A stretch of 64,000 nucleotides of DNA from Jiangellales bacterium (GTDB lineage Bacteria; Actinomycetota; Actinomycetes; Jiangellales; Jiangellaceae). Positions 49,007 to 57,745 of this stretch are shown in pieces. The stretch covers positions 7,908 to 71,907 of the forward strand of contig CALOBR010000015.1 in NCBI GenBank assembly GCA_942491665.1, given 5' to 3'. Under the pieces are notes generated by a model. It was not told the DNA's origin. It worked only from the letters and a program-made list of their open reading frames with translations, and did no database searches. Positions within the stretch are counted from its first letter, which is position 1, and each line of letters starts with the position of its first letter. A program made the translations under genes and the position numbers.

Positions 49007-49381
49007 TCACCGACGCGGCGGGCGGTCGAGGTCTGCGGAACTTGATGCGGATGAGGTTGTCGCGGCCAGCAGTCGTCGCGCCCGACGCCCGAGGTCGCTC
49101 AGATCCACTCGCCCCTCCTCGGCCGCGGCCGCCAGTCGCGCGGCGAGGTCCATTGCCTCGTCGAGCTCGGGTGCAGCAACGGCGGATTCCTGGCCCATGT
49201 CGCGAAGAATGGTGGTCTCCGTCCTAGAAGCGATCAAAGGCTCGGTGACCCCGTCGATCCATACTCGAGTCCGGCGGCCATCGCCGCGTTCCTCCCCGGT
49301 GATTCGCTCCAGCGCGAAGATGCGGTCGGCGCGCGCGAACTTGCCGAAGCCCAAGGCCACCATGCGGGAGTCCGATGCCAC
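49007..49381 (-). CDS. RemA/DUF370-like small protein (tentative)
   Basis: The N-terminus VALGFGKFARADRIFAL...GRRTRVWIDG resembles the RemA pattern INIGFGN-V-A-R--AI...GRRTRAV. It lacks part of the middle region. Confidence 0.4.
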   Translation of the reverse strand: MASDSRMVALGFGKFARADRIFALERITGEERGDGRRTRVWIDGVTEPLIASRTETTILRDMGQESAVAAPELDEAMDLAARLAAAAEEGRVDLSDLGRRARRLLAATTSSASSSADLDRPPRR

Positions 49382-49447
49382 GTCGTCATCTTGTCATTGC
49401 CCGCCGACCACTGACCTGGCGTGCAAGCGCGGCTGGCGGAGGTGGTG

Positions 49448-49510
49448 ACCCACTTCGCCGCCTGCGGACGCACCACGAACCGGCGTCGATTCCGCTCAGA
49501 AGGCAGCGAC
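49448..49510 (+). repeat. tRNA-3'-like cassette-boundary repeat R4 (short form)
   Basis: ACCCACTTCGCCGCCTGCGGACGCACCACGAACCGGCGTCGATTCCGCTCAGAAGGCAGCGAC. Confidence 0.75.
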
Positions 49511-49723
49511 TGCGAGAAGGCGGGAGTGGATCGATGTTCCGGGCTTGGCTCGGGTCGATGGGACACCCGAGCCCATCCGACCTTGGAGCCCTCGGGTTGT
49601 CGGTTATCCGCAACTGGGCCGCAACCGTCCCACAACAGGCCGGTTCTACGTTCACAAGTGGAGGGTTGACGCCCTGCGGTCCGTGGATCTGCCACGGATG
49701 TCGAGCGGAAGAGGCTGAGCAGC

Positions 49724-50224
49724 ATGAGAAGGGCTATTGCAGTGGTGACGGTGGGACTGCTGGCCATGCTGACCCTTGTCGCACCGGTGGCGGCGGACAG
49801 CCAGGCTCGACCGATCCAGGGCCAGGTGTCCGGTGATCTCGTCTTCGTGGTGGGAGGCGACTACGCCGTGTGCGACGCGGGCTACCCAGGAATGGGAGCC
49901 GAGTACGTGGCCTACGGGAACGCAGCGCATCTGGGCAAGACGACGATGACCGGCTCGCACTGCGCATCTGAGACGGCGGCGGGCAGCCTGACCCTGGTCG
50001 CGGCGAACCGAGACGAGATCTACGTCGACTACACAGCGGTCGAGGCCTGTGACTACCCGTCGGCAACGACGGGCACGTGCGACTTCGACGGCACCGTGAC
50101 CGGTGGGACCGGCCGTTTCGAGGACGCCGCGGGTGACCTGTCGCTCAACGTCGCCTTCACGGACATCAGCGGCTTCCCTGTCTGGCCGGCACTGTTCACC
50201 TGGACCGGGACGATCGGCTACTGA
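49724..50224 (+). CDS. secreted hypothetical protein
   Basis: Signal peptide MRRAIAVVTVGLLAMLTLVAPVAA. 166 aa, Cys-containing, no recognised family. Confidence 0.6.
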   Translation: MRRAIAVVTVGLLAMLTLVAPVAADSQARPIQGQVSGDLVFVVGGDYAVCDAGYPGMGAEYVAYGNAAHLGKTTMTGSHCASETAAGSLTLVAANRDEIYVDYTAVEACDYPSATTGTCDFDGTVTGGTGRFEDAAGDLSLNVAFTDISGFPVWPALFTWTGTIGY

Positions 50225-50376
50225 CCGGCAACGCCCTCACCTCAGGGACGGCTGGCGCGGATGTGCGCGGTGCGCAGCCCGTCAGCAGTCTCGTCGAGGA
50301 GGTCGACGTCGATGTCGACGAAGCCGACGGGACCGATGTGCAACCGGTCATCAGCGATCCGGCCGGCTTGAGGTAG

Positions 50377-50432
50377 CCCATACCGCCGCCTGCGGACGCA
50401 CCTCACGGGCTGCGGATCGGGGCTAGCGTCGG
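50377..50432 (+). repeat. tRNA-3'-like cassette-boundary repeat R5 (short, right arm divergent)
   Basis: CCCATACCGCCGCCTGCGGACGCACCTCACGGGCTGCGGATCGGGGCTAGCGTCGG. It ends 9 nt before the recombinase ORF. Confidence 0.7.
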
Positions 50433-50441
50433 CTGGTCCGG

Positions 50442-51179
50442 GTGCGGGCCCACGTCGAGCTCTACATCCGCAGCCTGGGCGCGCGGGGACTGATGGACTC
50501 CTCCGTAGTCACGATGATGCACGGGGTGCGGGGCTTCTTCCGCTTCGCCCACGTCGACGGGCTGATCACCGCCGACCCGGCGGTGTATGCGCGGCTGCCG
50601 AAGGTGCAGCGGGACGAATCCCGCACCCAGGGCCTGGACCGACTGGAACTGATCCGCTTCCTGCAAGTGGCGCAGACCATCAGCGTGCACCACGGCGCCC
50701 TGGCCTTCCTGCTCGGCATCAATGCCCTGCGCGCATCGGAAGCCGCCGCCGTCCACACCGAGCACTACGCCGACACCCTGCGCGGGCACCGGGTGCTCCA
50801 CCTGGTCGGCAAGGGCAACAAGCCGGCCACCATGCCACTCACCCTTCCCGTGTTGCGGGTGCTGGAAGCCTGCCGGGGCCAGCGCACCTCCGGGCCGCTG
50901 GTGCTGCGACCGGTGTCCGGGAAGCCGATCGACCGCCGCGACGCCTACCGGATGGTCACCCGCATCGCCAAGACCGCGAAGATCCCGCGTCACATCAGTC
51001 CGCACTCGCTGCGCCATGGCGCGATCACCAACGCCCTCGACGCCGGCGTCCCGCTACGTGATGCGCAGATCCTGGCCCGCCACGCCGACCCCCGCACCAC
51101 CGAGCACTACGACCGCGCCCGCGGGAACCTCGACCGGCACGGCGTCCACTTCCTCACCGCGTACGTCGCCGGCGTGTGA
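50442..51179 (+). CDS. tyrosine recombinase/integrase, 5'-truncated (catalytic domain intact)
   Basis: R (ALRASE), K (GKGNK), H-X-X-R (HSLRH), H (ARH) and Y (EHY) are all present. Only the last helix of the N-terminal SAM-like domain remains. The ORF opens at a GTG right after a TAG that lies inside repeat R5. Confidence 0.8.
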   Translation: MRAHVELYIRSLGARGLMDSSVVTMMHGVRGFFRFAHVDGLITADPAVYARLPKVQRDESRTQGLDRLELIRFLQVAQTISVHHGALAFLLGINALRASEAAAVHTEHYADTLRGHRVLHLVGKGNKPATMPLTLPVLRVLEACRGQRTSGPLVLRPVSGKPIDRRDAYRMVTRIAKTAKIPRHISPHSLRHGAITNALDAGVPLRDAQILARHADPRTTEHYDRARGNLDRHGVHFLTAYVAGV

Positions 51180-51232
51180 ACGAAGGGGCGCACCTGCGTC
51201 GCTTCCGGCCCACTGTGGGGCACGTGCCGGCG

Positions 51233-51598
51233 TCAGGCGGTCGGGTCTGGGTCTTCGTCGTCATCCAGGGTGCTGATGGCACTCTCGAGCTGCTGGATCA
51301 TGTGCGGGAGGTCATCGACAGCGGTCGCTACGAGGGTCTCTACATCGATATCCCAGTAGCCGTGGACGATTCGGTTGCGTAGACGGGTGGCTGCGCGCCA
51401 CGCGATCTGAGGGTGGGCGTCCTTCGTCTCGACAGGGATCTGGCTGGCGGCTTCCCCGAGAACAGTGAAGTGCCACAGGAGCGCTGAACGCCGCAGCGCA
51501 TCAGCATCAACCTCGTCGGCGTTTCGACCGCCGACCAGGTCCCGGATCGAGCCTGCGGCGTCGCGCATCTCGCGCAGGAGCAGCAGCTCACGCCGCAT
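51233..51598 (-). CDS. HepT-like (DUF86) RNase toxin, copy 2
   Basis: ATG 51598. R-X4-HXY motif (RNRIVHGY). Overlaps the MNT gene by 11 nt. Confidence 0.75.
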   Translation of the reverse strand: MRRELLLLREMRDAAGSIRDLVGGRNADEVDADALRRSALLWHFTVLGEAASQIPVETKDAHPQIAWRAATRLRNRIVHGYWDIDVETLVATAVDDLPHMIQQLESAISTLDDDEDPDPTA

Positions 51599-51881
51599 AG
51601 AGCGGCCGCGCCTCGGCGAGCACCTGCTCGCGGATGTACCGGTTGACCGACTTGCGGGAGACGAGGTCGACCGGTCGGCCGAGGAGGGCCGCGAGCTCGT
51701 CCTCAAGATCAAAGAGCCTGAACCCCAGGCGGGCATGCGGCTTCAACACGTAGAGCAGGTCGATATCGCTGTCCTGCCGATCCTGGTTGCGAGCGGCCGA
51801 GCCGAAGACCTCCAGGGAGGCGACCCCGTAACGCTCGCACACGTCACGCAGTCGCTGCGGGTCGACGTCGACGTTCAACAC
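51588..51881 (-). CDS. MNT-type nucleotidyltransferase antitoxin, copy 2
   Basis: GSAARNQDRQDSDIDLL signature. 97 aa. Confidence 0.8.
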   Translation of the reverse strand: MLNVDVDPQRLRDVCERYGVASLEVFGSAARNQDRQDSDIDLLYVLKPHARLGFRLFDLEDELAALLGRPVDLVSRKSVNRYIREQVLAEARPLYAA

Positions 51882-51991
51882 GCGTCAAGGGTATCCCCGC
51901 GTCGCAGTCAGCTCGCACCCGTTCGCCCCCGCCATGTGAAGGAGGTTGACCGGGGACGACCTACGCGACGTCTCCGCAGACGAGACCTCGG

Positions 51992-52076
51992 CCTGCCCCA
52001 CTTCGCCGCCTGTGGACGCTCTTCGTTGAGGGCGCGCGGCGACGCCAGCCGCGTGCGCCGGGCACTCCCGCCCTAG
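51992..52076 (+). repeat. tRNA-3'-like cassette-boundary repeat R6 (left arm intact, right arm degenerate)
   Basis: CCTGCCCCACTTCGCCGCCTGTGGACGC is identical over 28 nt to R3. A diverged centre follows, then ...GCGTGCGCCGGGCACTCCCGCCCTAG. Confidence 0.65.
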
Positions 52077-52081
52077 CTGCT

Positions 52082-53266
52082 GTGACTAGGGAGGAGGAGT
52101 ATGAGGGTGAGGTGGTGGGGTTGGGGACTGGCAGGGAGGACGAACACCACGCGGAACGGCAAGGTGCTCGGATGTTGGTCGGTGTGAGACGGCCTGCTCC
52201 CTTTGGTTTCGGTCTCTCGCAGGAGGATGAGCACATCGAATCGGTTGCTCTGGGCATGCCCGGTGGTTCGGTGCTGAGCGTGACGAGTGCTGGGGACATG
52301 GCGCTGTCGCTGCGTGCTCTGGGTGCCGAGCGGGTGACGGGAGTGGATATCGAGCCGTCCCAGAATCATCTGGCTCGGCTCAAGCAGGCGGCCGTTTTGA
52401 CCCTTGATCCTCTCGACGCTGCGGGGCTGCTGGGCGACCGCCGCGCTGACCCGGGCCGACGATCAGTCTGGTTCGAGGAGGTGAGGCCGTTCCTGCCGCC
52501 TGGCTCGCAGATGTGGTGGGGTCAGCACCTGCAGCTGGTGCTCTCCGGCGCCGTGTGGGCGGGTCGGTTCGAGAGTTTCGTCCGACGCGTCGTCCGCGCG
52601 CTTCGGCCCTTGCTCGAGCCGCGGTTCCGGGCGCTGCTGGAGGCTCCCGACCTCGCTAGTCAGCGCGAAGTGTTCAATCGACGTCTGGACCTGCCGCCGG
52701 TTCGGGGGCTGTTCCGGGTCGCGTTCACTCCGCGGGTGTTCGCCAGGCGCGGCATGGACCCGCGCAGCCTGCAATTCCATGACCCCACCCGGTCGCTCGG
52801 CGCGGAGTACTTCGCGCGGTTCCGGGACATGTGCACCTCGTCCCCGGCTCGGGCGAACCCGTACCTGCAGCTGTTCACGATGGGCGAGGTCGTCTACCCC
52901 GAGGCCCTTCCTGCGTTCCTGACCCCGCAGGGAGCAACCGCGCTGCGCTCGGACCCAGGGGCAGTCCGGTTCGTCGACGCCGACATCACACGGCACCTGG
53001 CCACCGAGCCGAAGGGGACCTACAACCGGTTCCACCTGTCCAACGTGACCGACTGGCTACCGGCCGACGCGTTCGACGAACTGCTCACCACCATCGCCGG
53101 TCGCTCCGCCCGACCCGCACGCCTCGTGTGGCGAGCCATCCACGTCGACCGGGGCATTCCCGACACCCTGACCGGCACCATCACCACCAACCGGGAGTGG
53201 GGCAAGCAGCTGCGGGCGCACGACCGGTTCCCCATCTATGCGATCATCCCGGCGACGGTCGAGTAG
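52082..53266 (+). CDS. DUF3419 (BtaA-like, SAM-dependent) family protein
   Basis: SQEDEHIESVALGMPGGSVLSVTSAGDMALSL and FHLSNVTDWL match the DUF3419 pattern. The start is uncertain; ATG 52172 is plausible. Confidence 0.55.
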   Translation: MTREEEYEGEVVGLGTGREDEHHAERQGARMLVGVRRPAPFGFGLSQEDEHIESVALGMPGGSVLSVTSAGDMALSLRALGAERVTGVDIEPSQNHLARLKQAAVLTLDPLDAAGLLGDRRADPGRRSVWFEEVRPFLPPGSQMWWGQHLQLVLSGAVWAGRFESFVRRVVRALRPLLEPRFRALLEAPDLASQREVFNRRLDLPPVRGLFRVAFTPRVFARRGMDPRSLQFHDPTRSLGAEYFARFRDMCTSSPARANPYLQLFTMGEVVYPEALPAFLTPQGATALRSDPGAVRFVDADITRHLATEPKGTYNRFHLSNVTDWLPADAFDELLTTIAGRSARPARLVWRAIHVDRGIPDTLTGTITTNREWGKQLRAHDRFPIYAIIPATVE

Positions 53267-53275
53267 CGCACACAC

Positions 53276-54406
53276 GTGGCCCGGCTACCTGCCTCCAGAT
53301 GTCCCGCCTGGACAATCAGACTGCTTGCTCAGGACGACGTGCCGGCCTTGCTCGACGTGGACCGGCGGTGCGCTATCTCGGCCGAGTGGAGGTTCCGCTA
53401 CGACCGAGAGCCTGACTTCTTCGCCTGGCCCCGCTTGATGTTCGAGCGGTTCGCGTACGTCGGCGCATTCATCGCGAACCAGCTGGTCGGGTACGGGATG
53501 GTGGCGACGTACCCAGGCATCCCCACGGCGCCGGACGCAGCCGCGGCGCCCGTCCTGTACGTCGGTGACGGACGTGTGCTCCCGCAGTACCGGACGGTCG
53601 GGATCGCCCACGCTCTTCTCGCCGCCGGCCCGTCTGCGCTCGAGCACATCGACGGCACGGACACCTACCAGGGATGGACGCTGGTGGCCCGACAGAACAC
53701 GTCTGCTCAACGACTGGTGCAACACTGGTCCGTGCCCGGGTTCACCATCTCTCGCGCGGCTGACGTGACTGCTCACACTCTTGTTGCCGGCCTGCCCACC
53801 CTGTCGCACCGCGCGTCCGGCACGCCCGTCACCGTCGCCGGAGCGGAGGGAGTCGACAACCTCGCCGACGCACACGCGCGCATCAACGGTGACCGTCCGT
53901 TCGCCCCGCGACTGACCGCGGCTCTGCTGGCCGAATGGATGGCGGAAGGTGCGCTGCACGGCGTGCTCCTCGCAACTCGACGGCAACGAGTGGTCGGTGC
54001 CGCCGGTCTCTGGGACCCCAACCGCGCAAGGCGCCTTGTCATCGACGCCTACCCACCGGCGCTGGATGCGATGAGAGCAGGCGCCGAACGGGTGCTTCGC
54101 GTAGCTGGGCGCCCAGAACCGTCCTGGCTGCAGCCAGGAGGCACAGTCCCCACACTCACGCTTGCGCCCCTGGCATCGACCACGCCCGCCGTCCTACGGG
54201 CCCTCTGTATCGCTGCCCTTCACTGGGCACGTGAGAACGGTCGCCTGGCGGTTCACGTCGGACTCCTCGACGAGGACCCTGCCGCTCCCGGTCTCACCGG
54301 GCTCCCTCGCATCCAGCTGCACTCAACCCTGCAGACCATGCTCCGGCCGGGAGCAGAACCCGCCCACCCGCGACAGCGACCCTACGTCGACCTGGCGAGG
54401 GTGTAG
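53276..54406 (+). CDS. GNAT-like acetyltransferase domain protein (tentative)
   Basis: The N-terminal roughly 150 aa fit a GNAT layout (IRLLAQDDVPALLDV...VGDGRVLPQYRTVGIAHALL). The remainder is unknown. Confidence 0.4.
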   Translation: MARLPASRCPAWTIRLLAQDDVPALLDVDRRCAISAEWRFRYDREPDFFAWPRLMFERFAYVGAFIANQLVGYGMVATYPGIPTAPDAAAAPVLYVGDGRVLPQYRTVGIAHALLAAGPSALEHIDGTDTYQGWTLVARQNTSAQRLVQHWSVPGFTISRAADVTAHTLVAGLPTLSHRASGTPVTVAGAEGVDNLADAHARINGDRPFAPRLTAALLAEWMAEGALHGVLLATRRQRVVGAAGLWDPNRARRLVIDAYPPALDAMRAGAERVLRVAGRPEPSWLQPGGTVPTLTLAPLASTTPAVLRALCIAALHWARENGRLAVHVGLLDEDPAAPGLTGLPRIQLHSTLQTMLRPGAEPAHPRQRPYVDLARV

Positions 54407-54567
54407 ACGCCCCGAGTACTCCCTCCCTCGCGTAGGCCATCGGCTACCCGCTCTACCAGAGCAAGAACCGCTCGCTCATCGGCTGGAGCCAGCGACACCG
54501 CGCAACCCAAGCGACGACTCCCGCGACGATGCGTCCTTTCGGCAGCCGCGTAGCGGGCGCCCGCGGG

Positions 54568-54772
54568 GCGTGTCACTGCGCCGCCTGTGGACGCACCACG
54601 ACCCGGCGTCGTTTCCGGCTCCATTGTGGGGCAGGTCGATGGACGGATTCGGGCGACGACGACACCCTGAACGCTCTACAGCACCTCGCCAGGAGTCTGG
54701 ACCGCGCGGTCAGCGACGTCGTTCCTGATGCGCTCAGCCGGTACCTCGCCGCCAGCTGAGAATCGCCCTCAC
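54568..54772 (+). repeat. tRNA-3'-like cassette-boundary repeat R7 (long form)
   Basis: GCGTGTCACTGCGCCGCCTGTGGACGCACCACGACCCGGCGTCGTTTCCGGCTCCATTGTGGGGCAGGTCGATG plus a tail ending CCAGCTGAGAATCGCCCTCAC. Confidence 0.8.
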
Positions 54773-54871
54773 AGCGGCAAAGGCGGGCATTCGATCGGGG
54801 TCCGGTCGTGCGTCATCGGCGGCGCTGGTCGGCCCCGCAGGTAGGCCCTCGTCCCGCCCGCCAGCGGGCGG

Positions 54872-55585
54872 TCACTCGGGGCGTTCACCAGCCATCTGCC
54901 CGACCAGGGCACGCACGTCGTCATCGTCCAGCCCCTGCGCGGCGAGCCGGGACGGCTCGGTGGGGTCCCGCAGGAACGAATGCAGCACCTCGTCCCGGCG
55001 GGCCAGCACGAGGTCCGTGCTCTCGCGGGTGCCGTCGTCCTGCCAGCGAGTGGTGGTAACCAGGGCGGTCGCCGAGGCCGCAGGCAGCACGGCCGACACG
55101 TCGGCATCGGCGGGACCGCGGTCGCCGTGCGGAAGCCTGTCCAGCAGGCGGTCGAGGGCATCGCCGGTGAGTCGCAGCCAGTAGAAGTGGATGCCGAGCG
55201 CGTCAATCATGACCTCGAGCGAGACGCCCTCCGGCTGGGGCAGCAGGAGGATCCGCCAGGGCTCGTCGGGCTGTGTGCCGGTCAGCCGAGTGTCGAGCAC
55301 CAGCCGGGACCGCTCCTGGAAAGCCAGGCCGATGCCGAGATCGCCGCGCACCTCGACGTCGTCGTCGCCGGGCGCCGTGGTGATGAGGTTGCGTGCGGCA
55401 AGCGAGCGCACCGCCTCGGCCACCAACTCGGGGTCGGGCTCGCGCTCGAGGAAACTGATGACACCGTTGACGGCGGCGATCTCGGCCAGCGTGTAGGCCC
55501 CCAGCGGCACCGGGCCGGTGTGGACGAGGTCGACAACGGCCTGGATGAGCCCCGCTGGGACGTCGTGGACGCTTTGCTCGGTCAC
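54872..55585 (-). CDS. acidic hypothetical protein, translationally coupled to 55582..56610
   Basis: GTG 55585 overlaps the upstream stop (GTGA). About 237 aa, no recognised domain. Confidence 0.55.
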   Translation of the reverse strand: MTEQSVHDVPAGLIQAVVDLVHTGPVPLGAYTLAEIAAVNGVISFLEREPDPELVAEAVRSLAARNLITTAPGDDDVEVRGDLGIGLAFQERSRLVLDTRLTGTQPDEPWRILLLPQPEGVSLEVMIDALGIHFYWLRLTGDALDRLLDRLPHGDRGPADADVSAVLPAASATALVTTTRWQDDGTRESTDLVLARRDEVLHSFLRDPTEPSRLAAQGLDDDDVRALVGQMAGERPE

Positions 55586-56610
55586 GTGTGGGTGTCTCCC
55601 TGGTCCGGCGGCTCGGGGGCGGTAGCGGTGGTGGCTGCCGCTGAGGGAACCGGGGCGGGCGGGGCCGGCTCCTGCGGGGAGAGCACGCGGACAGCGCACG
55701 GCAGCGCCCGGTGGCCCAGCGTCAAGGTGGCGGGCCTCGTCGTGCCGACGGGGGGCAACGTCCAGACAGGCGCCTGCTGCTCCTCGACCAGCAGCCCCCG
55801 AGCCTGGGTGGAAGCGACCTCAGTGACCCACACGTCCGAGGCGCCGAAGAGACCGCTGGCTCGCTGGTCACCTCCGACGAACACGAGCTCGGCGAGCGTG
55901 TCGGCGCGGTCCGGCGGCGGGAAGAGCCGCGCCAGGTCGGCGGAGGCGGCGGTCGTGTCGTCGTCGTCCTCGATTCGCTCAAGGGCGGCCGTGAGGTCTG
56001 AACTGGCCGACGCAGGCAACGGCACCCGCGCGCGCAGGTCCGGGGAGAGGTACATCGGTCGCTTCTCCGTAGCCGCCGACAGGCCCCAGGGTCCGACGTT
56101 GCGGTTGGTGATGCGGTAGACGACGTAGTCGGCGAGGTGCTGGACGTCGTGCCAGTTCGGCAGGCGGAAGCCGTCGCCCATCGACGCCGGGGTCTTCTCG
56201 AGCTGCACCCAGGTACCCGACGAGGTGCGTCCGTGGAGCTTCTCGCGCACCACCGGCCCCTTGAGCCCGATGTCGGGGTACTGGGTCTTGTCGACCGCCT
56301 TATGGTGGCTCGACAGCCGCTGCCTGCTCCTCGGGAACCGCCACGCGTCGTACAGCGACGGGTCGTCCACCAGCACGTGCGCCCCGCACAGCACATCGCG
56401 CATCCGGATCACGTCGAGACCGTGCCGTTCGAGGTCGGTCAAGATCGCTGCCTCCGACGGCGTGAGGCGCTCCGTGGCGTCCAGCAGCCCCTTGCGGAAC
56501 CCGCCCTTGCGCGCAGTGATCTCCACCAGCAGCCGCACACGGGTGCGGACCCGCTCGGCATCCCGCTCGACAGCGGTGGTAGCGGCGCGACGGCGACGGC
56601 GACGAGCCAT
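55582..56610 (-). CDS. hypothetical protein with an Arg-rich N-terminus
   Basis: 342 aa. The N-terminus is MARRRRRRAATT. No domain recognised by eye. Confidence 0.55.
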   Translation of the reverse strand: MARRRRRRAATTAVERDAERVRTRVRLLVEITARKGGFRKGLLDATERLTPSEAAILTDLERHGLDVIRMRDVLCGAHVLVDDPSLYDAWRFPRSRQRLSSHHKAVDKTQYPDIGLKGPVVREKLHGRTSSGTWVQLEKTPASMGDGFRLPNWHDVQHLADYVVYRITNRNVGPWGLSAATEKRPMYLSPDLRARVPLPASASSDLTAALERIEDDDDTTAASADLARLFPPPDRADTLAELVFVGGDQRASGLFGASDVWVTEVASTQARGLLVEEQQAPVWTLPPVGTTRPATLTLGHRALPCAVRVLSPQEPAPPAPVPSAAATTATAPEPPDQGDTHT

Positions 56611-56854
56611 GGCAGGACCCTAGCGGCAGGTCCGCTCACCAGGATCTTCGGCTCAGCTCTCGCTGAGTACGGGGCAGGGCCTTCGGGGCCCACGCCCATC
56701 ACAGCTGCGCCACCTCACCACGAGTGGGCCACTGCGGCCCCTACGGTGCCAGCAGCCGACGATGCGTCCGCCAGGACCGCCAGCCGCAGTCCGCGTCCGA
56801 CCGCTCATCGGCCATGTTGGGGCGTTGCCGCGCAACCTGAACGACGATCGACCG

Positions 56855-57073
56855 GTGCGTCACTCCGCGTGTGGACGCACCCCCACGAGCGCGATCTTGC
56901 CCGCGCCTGCGTCGTTTCCGCCCACTGCGGGGCAGGTCAATGGGCGGATCTGGGTCGACGGCTACACCCTGAACGCGCTACTGCAACTCGCTTGGAGTCA
57001 GGACGGCGCGTCAGCGGCGTCGTTCGAGACGCGCCCAGCGGGCGCCTCGCGACCAGCTCAGAATCGCTCTCAC
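56855..57073 (+). repeat. tRNA-3'-like cassette-boundary repeat R8 (long form, expanded centre, diverged tail)
   Basis: GTGCGTCACTCCGCGTGTGGACGCACCCCCACGAGCGCGATCTTGCCCGCGCCTGCGTCGTTTCCGCCCACTGCGGGGCAGGTCAATG plus a tail ending CCAGCTCAGAATCGCTCTCAC. Confidence 0.75.
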
Positions 57074-57146
57074 TGTGGCAGGTGCTGGCGTTTGGCCGGC
57101 TGTCGTGGACGGTCGAGGTGTTTGCGGTGGATCGCTGGTCAGTGGT

Positions 57147-57626
57147 TCACCTCGGGGGTTGTTGCGGGTGCTGTTGGAGAAGGGTGGGGGCGTGGTCGGT
57201 GCCGAGCTCGTCGAGCACGGCACGGAAGGTTGCGTACCGGTCCTCGCCGACTTGCTGAGCCCAGGATCGTTCGAGGTCGGCGATGGCGCGGTGGAGGTGG
57301 GCGGCGACGCGGTCGCCGGCGGGGGTGCGTCGCACGATCACGGCCCGTCGGTCGGTCGGGTCCGGGTCGGTGCGCACGAGTCCGAGGTCGACGAGTTCGC
57401 GGACTCGTTGGCCGATGGCTTGCTTGGAGACCCACCGACCGTCGGCGAGCTCGGTCGGGCGTGCGCCGTCCTCGGGGAGCAGGTGCAGGATCAGCCCCTG
57501 CGATCCGCGCGTGATGGGGACGTCGTGGGCCTGCTGCAGTGCCCGTACGTCCTCGGCGATGCGACGGGTGAGCCACTCCACGGCTGCCAGCACGTTGGGG
57601 GACGTCATCTCTGGGCGGGAGGACAT
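57147..57626 (-). CDS. MarR-family transcriptional regulator
   Basis: Winged-helix region (RPTELADGRWVSKQAIGQRVRELVDLGLVRTDPDPTDRRAVIVRRTPAG). Confidence 0.85.
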   Translation of the reverse strand: MSSRPEMTSPNVLAAVEWLTRRIAEDVRALQQAHDVPITRGSQGLILHLLPEDGARPTELADGRWVSKQAIGQRVRELVDLGLVRTDPDPTDRRAVIVRRTPAGDRVAAHLHRAIADLERSWAQQVGEDRYATFRAVLDELGTDHAPTLLQQHPQQPPR

Positions 57627-57659
57627 GCGACCTCGCTTCTCAACGGCGAACAGGGCTCG

Positions 57660-57692
57660 GTAGTCAATCTACTTGACCATAGTAGTCAATCT
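57660..57692. promoter_or_regulatory. candidate MarR operator: two GTAGTCAATCT direct repeats 22 bp apart, forming GTCAA/TTGAC palindromes
   Basis: GTAGTCAATCTacTTGACcataGTAGTCAATCT lies in the locally AT-rich divergent region between marR and the phosphotransferase gene. Confidence 0.45.
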
Positions 57693-57745
57693 GGTTTACG
57701 TTCCGGGGAGTTGCCTACGTCTGCCATACCCCGGAGGTGCTCCCC

